DNA of 64,000 nt, from the NCBI GenBank assembly GCA_046581505.1, contig JAYGGE010000099.1, positions 11,663 to 75,662 on the forward strand, in the 5' to 3' direction. A program made the position numbers and the translations under genes. Below, piece by piece: positions 8,296 to 17,752 of this stretch. Within the stretch, counting starts at the first letter, position 1. Each line of letters opens with the position of its first letter. A model generated the notes under the pieces. The model worked only from the letters and a program-made list of their open reading frames with translations. It was not told the DNA's origin and ran no database searches. The stretch is from Verrucomicrobiales bacterium. GTDB lineage: Bacteria; Verrucomicrobiota; Verrucomicrobiia; Verrucomicrobiales; DEV007.

Positions 8296-9656
8296 AGCAT
8301 CTTTCACTGGCCGCTGTTACTGATTTTTCGGGAGGATCGCTTGGAGCGGGGTGTCCTGATGATAAGGTGAATTCAGTCTCAACTGATACACGCACTCTTT
8401 GCGAAGGGGCACTCTTTGTTGCTCTGCGCGGTGAGAATTTTGATGGTCATGATTTTATCGCGACGGCAATTGATGCCGGCGCTGCTGCCGTCATGATAGA
8501 CGTGGAGAGGGCGGGCAAAAATCCCGGGGGATGTGCGGTTGTAAGGGTGGAGGATACGCATGGTGCGTTGCAGTTGCTTGCACGCAATTACCGCATGGAT
8601 CTTGGGCTTACCGGCATCGGGATAACCGGCAGCAACGGCAAGACTACAACCAAAGATTTTATTTCTTCGGTTTTGAGTGAAGAATTTTCCGTGAGTGCCA
8701 CTGTGGGCAACCTCAATAACCTCATTGGACTGCCCCTGTCGATACTCTCTGCTGATGACTCCCATGAGTTTGGTGTGTGGGAAATGGGGATGAGCGTGCC
8801 GGGAGAAATTAAGCAATTGGCCGCAATTGCATCCCCTGATGTGGGGGTTATAACCAACATCGGAATGGCTCACATCGAATCGATGAAATCTCCCGAGGCG
8901 ATCGCCCGGGAGAAGGGCATGCTGGCGGAGACCATAGGAGAAGGGGGACTGGTTGTTCTCAACGGGGAGGATCGGCATGCGTCCTCAATTGCCAGGCGCA
9001 GTTGCGCACGTGTTGTCACGGTTGGCTTCGGTGTGGGCGATTTCAGGGCAGTCGATGTTGAACAAACGGAAAGCGGAGTCGGATTCACCATTGTTGCCAA
9101 TGGCGAAAAGCATCCTGTGTTCATTGCCACGCCCGGGCGTCATATGATTATAAATGCATTGCTCGCGGCAGCGGTTGGTTCGCATTTTGGATTATCACTG
9201 GAGGTTATCGCGCGTGGTTTGGGACGGGCAAAGTTAACTGCAGGACGTATGCAACAGAGAGATCTGGGGGGCGTGTCCTATATCGATGACAGCTATAATT
9301 CAAATCCGGATTCGATGCGTGCAGCACTCAATACCCTTGCCGAGTTAAAGTGTGATGGGCGCCGGATTGTCGTGATTGGCGGCATGGCGGAACTCGGTGA
9401 AATTTCGGATACTGAGCACCGGAAAGTCGGAGAGGCGGCGGCTTGTGCCGGGATTGACTGTATTTTGAGTGTTGGTGAACTGGCTGCGCCGGTTCATGCC
9501 GGTGCAGCTTGTAAACTCCCGGGGCGGGCGCAACATTTCGAGAGCCACGGTGAATGTGCCGATTTCCTGAGTCGAGAGGCCCGTTCAGGGGACATTGTTT
9601 TGATCAAAGGCAGCCGTTCCTCTGCGATGGAGAGAGTATTGGAGGCACTTGGATAA
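8280..9656 (+). CDS. murF: UDP-N-acetylmuramoyl-tripeptide--D-alanyl-D-alanine ligase MurF
   Basis: DTRTL..GALFVALRGENFDGHDF, GITGSNGKTTTKD and DSYNSNPDSM. TTG start at 8280 (or 8292), overlapping the murE stop. Confidence 0.9.
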   Translation: MEGGLKHLSLAAVTDFSGGSLGAGCPDDKVNSVSTDTRTLCEGALFVALRGENFDGHDFIATAIDAGAAAVMIDVERAGKNPGGCAVVRVEDTHGALQLLARNYRMDLGLTGIGITGSNGKTTTKDFISSVLSEEFSVSATVGNLNNLIGLPLSILSADDSHEFGVWEMGMSVPGEIKQLAAIASPDVGVITNIGMAHIESMKSPEAIAREKGMLAETIGEGGLVVLNGEDRHASSIARRSCARVVTVGFGVGDFRAVDVEQTESGVGFTIVANGEKHPVFIATPGRHMIINALLAAAVGSHFGLSLEVIARGLGRAKLTAGRMQQRDLGGVSYIDDSYNSNPDSMRAALNTLAELKCDGRRIVVIGGMAELGEISDTEHRKVGEAAACAGIDCILSVGELAAPVHAGAACKLPGRAQHFESHGECADFLSREARSGDIVLIKGSRSSAMERVLEALG

Positions 9657-9659
9657 GTT

Positions 9660-10769
9660 ATGATTCCCTGGCTATATGACTGGTTGAAAGACGCATTCGG
9701 GTTTGATGCAAGGCTGTTGCGCTATATTACTCCAAGGGCAGGAGTAGCCTGTATTTTTGCTTTTGCTTTAAGTTTGATCTTTGGGCCACGTGTTATCCGG
9801 CGCCTGATTGCGCTTAAAATTGGTCAACCCGTGCGCTCTGCTGACGAAGTTCACAAACTGGCGGAACTTCACGGGGATAAGGCCGGAACGCCGACGATGG
9901 GCGGAGTGATGATTGTGTTTACCGTGCTGGCCAGCGTGGCCATGTTTGTAAACCTTACTAATCCTTTGGTTTGGGCAGTGCTGTTTGTTTTTGTCGGTCT
10001 GGGACTGGTTGGAATGATGGATGACTACCGGAAGGTTGTTAAGAAGAATTCAAAGGGGATAAGCGCGCGTACAAAGATTACATTGCAGATATCTGTGGCG
10101 TTCACGGCAGCCTTGTTCCTCTACCTGAACCCGGCGACATCCGCATATATCCGTGAACTCCATGTTCCCTTTCATAAGGGGCCGGTGGTGCAGGATATGG
10201 GTTGGTTGTGCCTGCCGTTTTTCGTGCTGGTAATCGTGAGTTGTTCGAACGCAGTTAATCTTACCGATGGGCTGGATGGTCTGGCGATTGGCTGTTCGAT
10301 TACGGTTGCCCTGGCCTATGCTGCTTTCTGCTATCTTGTTGGCAACCAGCAGCTTGGCGAGAAGTATCTACTGATTCCGCATAGCCCTTATGCCGGGGAA
10401 CTTTCCATCGTGTGCCTGGCACTGGTGGGCGCGGGCCTTGGATTTCTCTGGTTCAACTGTCACCCGGCTAAAGTATTCATGGGGGATACGGGATCGCTTG
10501 CTCTCGGTGGAGCATTCGCAATGCTGGCGATCTGTTCAAAACATGAGGTCGTGTTGATTATTGTCGGTGGTGTATTTGTAATGGAGGCGGTTTCTGTGAT
10601 TATGCAGGTCGGAAGTTTCAAGTTGCGCGGCAAGCGTATTTTCCGGATGTCGCCGATTCATCATCATTTTGAATTGAAAGGTTGGCACGAAAGCCAGGTA
10701 ATCGTCCGCTTCTGGATGCTTTCACTGCTTTGTGCACTGTTTGGTCTGGCTACATTGAAATTGCGATAG
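9660..10769 (+). CDS. mraY: Phospho-N-acetylmuramoyl-pentapeptide transferase MraY
   Basis: A polytopic membrane protein with NAVNLTDGLDGLA, MGDTGSLALGG and SPIHHHFELKGW. Confidence 0.95.
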   Translation: MIPWLYDWLKDAFGFDARLLRYITPRAGVACIFAFALSLIFGPRVIRRLIALKIGQPVRSADEVHKLAELHGDKAGTPTMGGVMIVFTVLASVAMFVNLTNPLVWAVLFVFVGLGLVGMMDDYRKVVKKNSKGISARTKITLQISVAFTAALFLYLNPATSAYIRELHVPFHKGPVVQDMGWLCLPFFVLVIVSCSNAVNLTDGLDGLAIGCSITVALAYAAFCYLVGNQQLGEKYLLIPHSPYAGELSIVCLALVGAGLGFLWFNCHPAKVFMGDTGSLALGGAFAMLAICSKHEVVLIIVGGVFVMEAVSVIMQVGSFKLRGKRIFRMSPIHHHFELKGWHESQVIVRFWMLSLLCALFGLATLKLR

Positions 10770-10775
10770 AGAATT

Positions 10776-12125
10776 TTGAAATACAAAGGACAGAATTTTG
10801 CTGTGCTCGGTTGTGGGCGCAGCGGCGCAGCGGCTGCGAGGCTTGCCGGACGAGAGGGCGCCCGGGTGACAGTCCTTGACAATGGCGACCCGGAGAAATT
10901 GGAATCCACTGCCTCTGAATTGCGTGCGGGTGGCTTTAAGATGGTCCTTGGCAGGAGTGCTTTGGAAGCGGATGTCTCGAGTTTTGATTTGGCTGTCATC
11001 AGCCCCGGCATTGCCCTTGATAAGGAATTGGCCGTTCGCTTCACTCTCGCCGGTATACCGTTAATAGGTGAGATTGAGTTCGCTTTTCCATTCTGTTCTG
11101 CGCGGATTGTCGGTGTAACCGGAACCAATGGAAAAACCACCACTGTTGAGCTTATTGAGACGATGCTCAGTGGGTGCGGTGAACCAACGGTAGCGGCCGG
11201 CAATCACGGTCGTCCTCTTTCTGATATTGTGTGTGCCTCAGGGACTTATTCCACGGTGGCCCTGGAGATCAGTTCCTTCCAGTTGGAGAGCGTTGAGGAG
11301 TTTCGTCCGGGAGTGGCGGTTTGGACGAACTTTGCTCCGGATCATCTTGATCGTTACCCGGGCATTGAGCAATACCGCGCCGCAAAGATGCGGTTGTTCA
11401 AGAATCAAACAAATGATGACTGGGCTGTGGTGAATCTGCGTGACGGGATTACGGGAATGGCAGCAAATACCTGTACTTTTTCCGCGTTTGATGATGCTGC
11501 CGATTATCACTTTGAGAACAATTCCATTTTGGAGGGATCGGAGGTTCTAATAAGCATGGACGAACTTGCCATGAGGGGCAGGCACAACGCGGAGAACCTG
11601 ATGGCAGCCCTGGCGGTTGGCAGGATTTATGGTCACCCGCCGGATTCGTTGGCAGCGGCAATTGCCACTTACAGTCCACCGGCACACCGTTGTGAACCGG
11701 TTGGGACCGTTGACGGGGTTTGTTACATAAATGATTCAAAGGCAACCAATCTGCATGCACTTGAAAGTGCGCTTATTTCCCTCGATGACGGCGGGGGCAT
11801 TGTCCTGATTGCCGGAGGAAAGGACAAAGGTTTGCCTTTCAGTGACTTAACGTCATCTGTCTCGCAATATGCCGAGCATGTTGTGCTGATTGGTGAGATT
11901 CGCAATTCTCTGGCGCAGGAGTGGGGCCGGCATGTCGATTGCCGGACGGCAATCGACATGGACGCCGCCGTTGTCGCTGCTGCTGCTCTTGCCCGGCCCG
12001 GGCAAACGGTGCTGTTTGCTCCCGGAACTTCATCTTTTGACATGTTTGCCGGGTACGAAGCCCGTGGCGAGGCATTCTGCAGGGCCGTTAATAATCTCAA
12101 TAAACCAACGACATCAAATGAGTAA
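10776..12125 (+). CDS. murD: UDP-N-acetylmuramoylalanine--D-glutamate ligase MurD
   Basis: N-terminal Rossmann segment VLGCGRSGAAAARL, VGVTGTNGKTTT, and NDSKATN. TTG start. Confidence 0.9.
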   Translation: MKYKGQNFAVLGCGRSGAAAARLAGREGARVTVLDNGDPEKLESTASELRAGGFKMVLGRSALEADVSSFDLAVISPGIALDKELAVRFTLAGIPLIGEIEFAFPFCSARIVGVTGTNGKTTTVELIETMLSGCGEPTVAAGNHGRPLSDIVCASGTYSTVALEISSFQLESVEEFRPGVAVWTNFAPDHLDRYPGIEQYRAAKMRLFKNQTNDDWAVVNLRDGITGMAANTCTFSAFDDAADYHFENNSILEGSEVLISMDELAMRGRHNAENLMAALAVGRIYGHPPDSLAAAIATYSPPAHRCEPVGTVDGVCYINDSKATNLHALESALISLDDGGGIVLIAGGKDKGLPFSDLTSSVSQYAEHVVLIGEIRNSLAQEWGRHVDCRTAIDMDAAVVAAAALARPGQTVLFAPGTSSFDMFAGYEARGEAFCRAVNNLNKPTTSNE

Positions 12126-13119
12126 AAATAAAAACAAAACAGAAAACAGGCGAAAGCGACCTGCATGGGTGGACATGTTCGCTAAAACACAAAAAGTTGA
12201 TGCCCGGACGGGTGATGTGCGCGATTGGAATGCCGACGTGCCCAATATAAAACTCTCCCGGGCATTTGTAGTGGTATTGATCCTGCATGTCGTTGCGGTT
12301 GGCGGTATCCTGGCCTTTGAAATGTTTAAGCCTGAGTCATCACGGGATACAATGGCAGAGAGCGAGAGCATGGCGAAGGTTGATGCGGATCAACCGGCGG
12401 GCCCGGTTAAACAGGGCGCGCAGCAACATGCAGGATCAGGATTTCCCGTGGCGCCCGGCGACGGGAGTGATGACGGCTACGTGCGTTATATTGTCCAGAG
12501 TGGCGACAGTATCCGCGACATTGCAAACTCCTACAATATATCCCGGACCGAACTTCTTGCGGCCAACAGTATTGACGAAAGACATCCACTGGTGCAGGGG
12601 CGAATTCTTCGCATTCCCAAGGCGCTGTTGAACAGTGGGTTTTTAGTTACCGACCGGGGGGGGGCTGTGGGGGAACCGGGAGGCATTGCCGATGAGGGTT
12701 CAAACAAGAATGGAGAAAACGGGTTTATCCCTCTTAAATTGGCTGGTGTGATTGGAGATCAGCCGGTTCTCTCCGGCAAGGATCCGGAAATTGCTGTTCC
12801 GGTTTCAGCAGGATCATCCCAGGAAGATGGCTTTCTGCCTCTGGGCAGCACAGGGATACCAGTCAATCCGGGAGATGGTGCGCCTCAAGCCGGTAAAAAA
12901 CCTGACCGTCCCCGGGTTGTGCGTGAACGTCCTGCTGCGGCACCGCGGTTAGCGAAACCGGCGCCAGTAGCATCGTCTTCGCTGTATACTGTATTGCGGG
13001 GTGATACACTCTATAGGATTTCCCGTAAATACGGGGTGAGCGTGGATGATATACTGGGTGCCAATCCCGGAATTACTCCGAGAACGCTGGGCATTGGGAA
13101 AACTCTACGCATTCCTTAA
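12118..13119 (+). CDS. Bitopic membrane protein with two LysM peptidoglycan-binding domains
   Basis: ATG 12118 (MSKNKNKTENRRKR...) overlaps the murD stop by 8 nt. One TM helix (AFVVVLILHVVAVGGILAF). LysM-like segments are YIVQSGDSIRDIANSYNISRTELLAANSI...GRILRIP (about 12481-12618) and YTVLRGDTLYRISRKYGVSVDDILGANPGI...GKTLRIP (about 12982-13116), separated by a Gly/Pro-rich linker. Confidence 0.75.
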   Translation: MSKNKNKTENRRKRPAWVDMFAKTQKVDARTGDVRDWNADVPNIKLSRAFVVVLILHVVAVGGILAFEMFKPESSRDTMAESESMAKVDADQPAGPVKQGAQQHAGSGFPVAPGDGSDDGYVRYIVQSGDSIRDIANSYNISRTELLAANSIDERHPLVQGRILRIPKALLNSGFLVTDRGGAVGEPGGIADEGSNKNGENGFIPLKLAGVIGDQPVLSGKDPEIAVPVSAGSSQEDGFLPLGSTGIPVNPGDGAPQAGKKPDRPRVVRERPAAAPRLAKPAPVASSSLYTVLRGDTLYRISRKYGVSVDDILGANPGITPRTLGIGKTLRIP

Positions 13120-13155
13120 AGAGGCACGGCGGGAGTTGTTTTTCCGAGAATTCCG

Positions 13156-14313
13156 ATGGGGGAAAAAAGCGCATATATTCTTGTCCTGATGGTCGTGTCA
13201 CTATTGGGGCTGGGCATTGTGATGTTGCTCAGCACCAGTGTGTTTATTGCGGATCGGGCGGATATTTATCATGATGTTCACCGTCAGCTTGTGTGGTTGG
13301 TTCTCGGGGTTGTTACCTGCGGTATTTTTGCTGTGATTGACTACCGGTTTTGGAAACGGTCGCGATGGATCTGGTTCAGCGTGGCCTGTGCTCTGCTGGT
13401 GTTGTGTTTTCTCCATCCCTTTGCGCAACCGGCCAACGGATCATATCGCTGGGTGGGTGGCGATGAATTTGGTTTTAATTTTGCCAGGATGCAACCCTCC
13501 GAGATGGCCAAGCTTGCCGTGATATTCATTATTGCCGGATGGGGTGCGCATGCCGGAGAACGTATTCGCGAAGTGCGTGCCGGATTCATTTACCCGCTTG
13601 GGATTGCACTTATCCCGGTCTTGTTGATAGCCTTTGAGACGGACATGGGAACCGCAGCACTGCTTATCTGTGTCACGCTGACCATGCTATTTGTGGCGGG
13701 GAGCAGGGTTTGGTTGTTTGCCGGCAGTGCAGCGGTGTCGTTGTTGATTCTTGCGCTTGCAGTTTGGCGCAATCCCAATCGCTGGGAGAGGTTCATTGCA
13801 TTTATTGACCTTGAGGCGCACAAGACAGGGTTGGGTCTGCAGCAGTGGCGAGCCAAGCTGGCACTCGGGGAGGGTGGGATCAGCGGTCTCGGACTGGGTG
13901 AGGGTCGCGAGAAGTTGATGTATCTTCCGTTTGCGCACACGGATTTCATTTTCCCGATGATTGGCGAGGAACTGGGAGCAAGGGCGACGCTACTTGTTAT
14001 CTTCGCCTTTGTAGCTGTCCTCATCTTCGGCGTATTGATTGCCAATTCTGCGCCTGATCCTTTCGGGAAACTCCTGGGCTTCGGGATTGTTACCCTCATT
14101 ACAGTCCAGGCTGCATTGAACATCGGGGTAACCACTGCCGTGTTGCCGAACACAGGACTGCCGTTGCCCTTTGTCAGTTATGGTGGATCAAATCTCCTGT
14201 TCAGCCTCGCCGGCATAGGGATTCTTCTCAATATTTACCGGCAGGGAAACACATTCAAAGGTGATGAAACCGGCAAACTGTTCGACCGTTGCCGTGCCGT
14301 GCCCAGAATATAG
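13156..14313 (+). CDS. ftsW: Peptidoglycan glycosyltransferase FtsW (SEDS family)
   Basis: About 10 TM segments with HTDFIFPMIGEELG and LPFVSYGGSNLL. It sits in the dcw position between murD and murG. Confidence 0.9.
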   Translation: MGEKSAYILVLMVVSLLGLGIVMLLSTSVFIADRADIYHDVHRQLVWLVLGVVTCGIFAVIDYRFWKRSRWIWFSVACALLVLCFLHPFAQPANGSYRWVGGDEFGFNFARMQPSEMAKLAVIFIIAGWGAHAGERIREVRAGFIYPLGIALIPVLLIAFETDMGTAALLICVTLTMLFVAGSRVWLFAGSAAVSLLILALAVWRNPNRWERFIAFIDLEAHKTGLGLQQWRAKLALGEGGISGLGLGEGREKLMYLPFAHTDFIFPMIGEELGARATLLVIFAFVAVLIFGVLIANSAPDPFGKLLGFGIVTLITVQAALNIGVTTAVLPNTGLPLPFVSYGGSNLLFSLAGIGILLNIYRQGNTFKGDETGKLFDRCRAVPRI

Positions 14314-14330
14314 CCAGAGCATCCCCTGAA

Positions 14331-15425
14331 ATGGCCATCCGAACTGTCATTGCCTGTGGTGGAACAGGCGGTCATCTTTTCCCGGGCATTGCTGTCGCTG
14401 AGGCATTGCGTGCGCAGGGGGGAGAATCACTCGTGCTTATCTCCGAGAAGGAAATCGATACCCTCGCGACAAAGGGGTATGAGGACTTTCGCTTTGAGGC
14501 ACTTCCTGCCAGGGGAATGCCTTCACTGCTGTCACCAAAGATGGTTCCCTTTGCCTTGCGGTTTTTACGGACACTTTCCCGCTGCAACAAGATTGTCGCT
14601 GAATTTGAGGCGGATGCTGTCCTGGGAATGGGCGGATTCACCTCGCTGGCTCCTCTGATGTCCGGTCGCAGGCATGGGACAAAGACTTTCATCCATGAGT
14701 CCAATGCTTTTCCGGGTAAGGCGAACCGCATCGCTGCACGCAGGGCGGATTGTGTTTTACTGGGATTTTCCGCATGTCGAAGATATTTTCCAGGCAAGGA
14801 TGCCGAGGTGGTCGGGACGCCGTTGCGGGAGATAATGTGTCAAAAGCATAATCATGCGGATGCCCTCGCTCATTTCGGGATGGAGGAGGGCAGAAAGACA
14901 CTTCTTGTCATGGGCGGAAGTCAGGGAGCGCGCGGTATTAATCGTGCAGTGACAGGAGCACTGAAACAGATTTCCGAAATGGGAATGCAGGTGATTCACC
15001 TCACAGGTTCTGCGGATTTTGATGAGATCCGTTCGGCTTACAGTTCGGCATCCATGCCTCATTACGTCTCGGCTTTTTGTCATGAAATGCATTTTGCCTA
15101 CGCTGCCTCTGATGTGGCCATTGCCCGTTCCGGTGCTTCGAGCCTGGCCGAACTTTCTGCTTTTGCCCTGCCGACGATCCTTGTTCCATACCCGCACGCA
15201 ACGGATGATCATCAGACTCTCAATGCCCAGGTGTATACTGAGAGTCGTGCTGCCATAATGTTGAAAGAAACCGACCTTGGAGCCCGTTGCATTGTAAGGT
15301 TGTTTCAGAAATTAACACAGGATAACGGGGGAACCCTTGCTGGAATGAGTGCAGCGATGGATGCGCTGGCAGTAAGGAATGCCGCTGAAAATATCTGTAA
15401 ATCAATTGAGAGGCGTTGCCGGTGA
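14331..15425 (+). CDS. murG: UDP-N-acetylglucosamine--N-acetylmuramyl-(pentapeptide) pyrophosphoryl-undecaprenol GlcNAc transferase MurG
   Basis: IACGGTGGHLFPGIAVAEAL, MGGSQGARGIN and ARSGASSLAELSAFALPTILVPYP. ATG 14331 is preferred over the track start 14289, which overlaps ftsW. Confidence 0.9.
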   Translation: MAIRTVIACGGTGGHLFPGIAVAEALRAQGGESLVLISEKEIDTLATKGYEDFRFEALPARGMPSLLSPKMVPFALRFLRTLSRCNKIVAEFEADAVLGMGGFTSLAPLMSGRRHGTKTFIHESNAFPGKANRIAARRADCVLLGFSACRRYFPGKDAEVVGTPLREIMCQKHNHADALAHFGMEEGRKTLLVMGGSQGARGINRAVTGALKQISEMGMQVIHLTGSADFDEIRSAYSSASMPHYVSAFCHEMHFAYAASDVAIARSGASSLAELSAFALPTILVPYPHATDDHQTLNAQVYTESRAAIMLKETDLGARCIVRLFQKLTQDNGGTLAGMSAAMDALAVRNAAENICKSIERRCR

Positions 15426-15469
15426 ACAACCAAATTACAGAGCGGCTGCACCAAGGTGCAACGTGTCCG

Positions 15470-17731
15470 ATGAGAATACACCTGATTGGTGTGGCTGGCT
15501 CCGGGATGAGTGGAGTTGCATCGTTGCTCATCGAGCTTGGACACCGGGTGAGCGGATCAGATCGTGTCAGGACCAGGGAGACCGAGCGTCTACAGCGTGC
15601 CGGCCTTGATTTTCATTGTCCGCATTCCATCGAAACCCTCAGTGATGCGCAACTGGTTATTTTTTCTTCAGCGATCAAGTCCGGCAACATTGTTTACGAT
15701 GCTGCCGTGGAGTCGGGGTTGCCGATGTTGCGTCGTGCCGAGGCTCTGGCTTTAATCATGGAGGGAAAGCAGGGCATTGTCATTGCCGGGACACACGGCA
15801 AGACAACGACGGCAGCACTTGCGGCCCATGTTCTGCGGGCGGCGGGTGTGGAACCGTCCCATTACGTTGGAGCTGAGATTCCTATCCTGGGAACCAATGC
15901 CCACTGGGACGGGAATGGAGAGTATTTTGTTGCCGAGGGGGATGAGAGTGACGGTTCGCTGGTGGAGTTTAACCCGGAGTTTGCCATTCTCCTTAATGTT
16001 GAGGAAGAACATCTCGATTATTACTCCGGAGGCATTGCGGAAATTCGCCTGGTATTCCGCCGGTTTCTTGAAACGGTTGCGGGTGAAGTGATTTACTGTG
16101 CGGGTGATGTTGAGGCATCGGCATTGTGTGAATCCAGGGAAAGTTCCATTTCCTACGGATTGGATCCCGGTTTTGATTTTTGTGCCAGGATTCTCAGCAT
16201 AAGAGAGCGCAGCAGTGATTTTGAAGTATTGCGCAATGGCTGTGCGATTGGAAACATTACCCTCGGAATCCCCGGTGAACACAATGTGCTCAACGCATTG
16301 GCGGTAATTGCGCTTGCCACCCTGCTTGGTTCTGAGTTTGAGGATATTGCTGAAGCGATGAGGACGTTTCGGGGTGCCCGTCGCAGGTTTGAAGTCCTTT
16401 ACCGATCTGCTGACTATATGGTTGTCGACGATTACGGTCATCATCCAACGGAAATCCAGGCCACCATAGCAACGGCACGAGCAGCCAATCCTGAGCGGCT
16501 TGTCTGTGTTTTCCAGCCTCATCGCTATACACGTACCAAGCTTATGCGGGATCGATTCGGGACATCCTTTCAGGAGGTTGATGCCTTGTATGTGACTGAT
16601 GTTTATGCCGCCAGTGAAGAGCCTATTCCCGGGGTCAACGGTGAGATGATCGTTGAGGCCGTGCGTGAGAACGGCATCAAGGAAGTCCATTATACTGCCG
16701 ATGTCCATACTGCGCACTTGGCAATAGGGTCCCGCCTGCGGAGAGGTGATATACTGCTTATACTTGGTGCCGGCAACGTGCATGAGGTTGGCGTTGCACT
16801 TGCGCGTGACCTTGAGGTTATCGATAAGCTGCGTCGTGAACTTGATGACCCGGAGACTATCTGTCGTCTTTACGAACCGATGCGCCGGCACACTACGATG
16901 AAGATGGGGGGGCCGGCGCAGTTCTGGGTTGAGCCATCCAGCATTGAAAGTTTTTCAAGGGCGTTGCGCTTTTTCAAGTCGGCGGGAATTCCCGTGATGA
17001 CGATGGGCAGAGGATCCAACCTTATTGTCCACGACGGGGGAATCGCGGGAGCAGTGATCCGGCCGGGCAAGGGTGAGTTTGAGGATATTTGTGTATCTGG
17101 AAATACAATTACCGCGGGTGCTGGCGTCCGTTTCAAGAGGATTAGCAATGTTGCTAAGATGCATGAGCTTGGAGGTTTCGAGTGGATGGAGGGCATCCCT
17201 GGGAATGTCGGTGGTGGTTTGCGCATGAATGCAGGTGCAATGGGCTGCCAGACTTTTGATCAGGTCGTCTCAGTCCGGTATGTGGATTCAGAGGGGGAGT
17301 TGCACGAGAAGAGCGGCCAGGAGTTCTCAGCGCAATACCGTAATGTCCCCGAGTTGATTGACAACTTTGCACTATCGGCGGTTTTTCTCGGCTCGCCATC
17401 GAGCACGGAACAGATTGACAGCAAGCTTGAGGAATCGATAAATAAGCGCCGCATGACCCAGCCGGTAGCGGCTTGTGCGGGTTGCATCTTCAAGAATCCT
17501 GCCCCGGTCGCCGCAGGGAAGCTTGTCGAGGAGCTTGCCCTGGGATCTGCGCGGGTTGGAGCGGCCAGGGTTTCTGAGGTTCACAGTAACTTCATCGTTA
17601 ACGAAGGTGGCGCGAAAGCTGAGGACGTGCTTGCCCTCATTGAGATGATTCAATCAAAAGCACGCGAGGAGCGTGGCATTGAGCTTGAGACCGAGGTCAA
17701 GGTTATAGGCTCTGCTGCAGCATGCTTTTAA
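15470..17731 (+). CDS. murC: Bifunctional UDP-N-acetylmuramate--L-alanine ligase / UDP-N-acetylenolpyruvoylglucosamine reductase (MurC-MurB fusion)
   Basis: The N-terminal ~460 aa are MurC-like (HLIGVAGSGMSGVA, IAGTHGKTTT, DDYGHHPTEI). After a linker near nt 16810-16870, the C-terminal ~290 aa are MurB-like (EPMRRHTTMKMGGPA, GRGSNLIV, GGFEWMEGIPGNVGG, AGCIFKNP, SEVHSNFIVN). A single uninterrupted ORF. Confidence 0.9.
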   Translation: MRIHLIGVAGSGMSGVASLLIELGHRVSGSDRVRTRETERLQRAGLDFHCPHSIETLSDAQLVIFSSAIKSGNIVYDAAVESGLPMLRRAEALALIMEGKQGIVIAGTHGKTTTAALAAHVLRAAGVEPSHYVGAEIPILGTNAHWDGNGEYFVAEGDESDGSLVEFNPEFAILLNVEEEHLDYYSGGIAEIRLVFRRFLETVAGEVIYCAGDVEASALCESRESSISYGLDPGFDFCARILSIRERSSDFEVLRNGCAIGNITLGIPGEHNVLNALAVIALATLLGSEFEDIAEAMRTFRGARRRFEVLYRSADYMVVDDYGHHPTEIQATIATARAANPERLVCVFQPHRYTRTKLMRDRFGTSFQEVDALYVTDVYAASEEPIPGVNGEMIVEAVRENGIKEVHYTADVHTAHLAIGSRLRRGDILLILGAGNVHEVGVALARDLEVIDKLRRELDDPETICRLYEPMRRHTTMKMGGPAQFWVEPSSIESFSRALRFFKSAGIPVMTMGRGSNLIVHDGGIAGAVIRPGKGEFEDICVSGNTITAGAGVRFKRISNVAKMHELGGFEWMEGIPGNVGGGLRMNAGAMGCQTFDQVVSVRYVDSEGELHEKSGQEFSAQYRNVPELIDNFALSAVFLGSPSSTEQIDSKLEESINKRRMTQPVAACAGCIFKNPAPVAAGKLVEELALGSARVGAARVSEVHSNFIVNEGGAKAEDVLALIEMIQSKAREERGIELETEVKVIGSAAACF

Positions 17732-17752
17732 CCCCCGATTTTTTGACAGGAT

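Noticed and set aside
11890-12117. N-terminal 76 codons of the 409-aa track ORF
   Set aside because: This part overlaps the murD 3' end. The LysM protein most plausibly starts at ATG 12118 (MSKNKNK...).
15752-16891. 379-aa ORF on the minus strand
   Set aside because: It is entirely antisense to the MurC part of the murC/murB gene, which has unambiguous motifs. The translation is Arg/Cys/His-rich with no recognisable domain, which is typical of a shadow ORF in GC-rich coding sequence.
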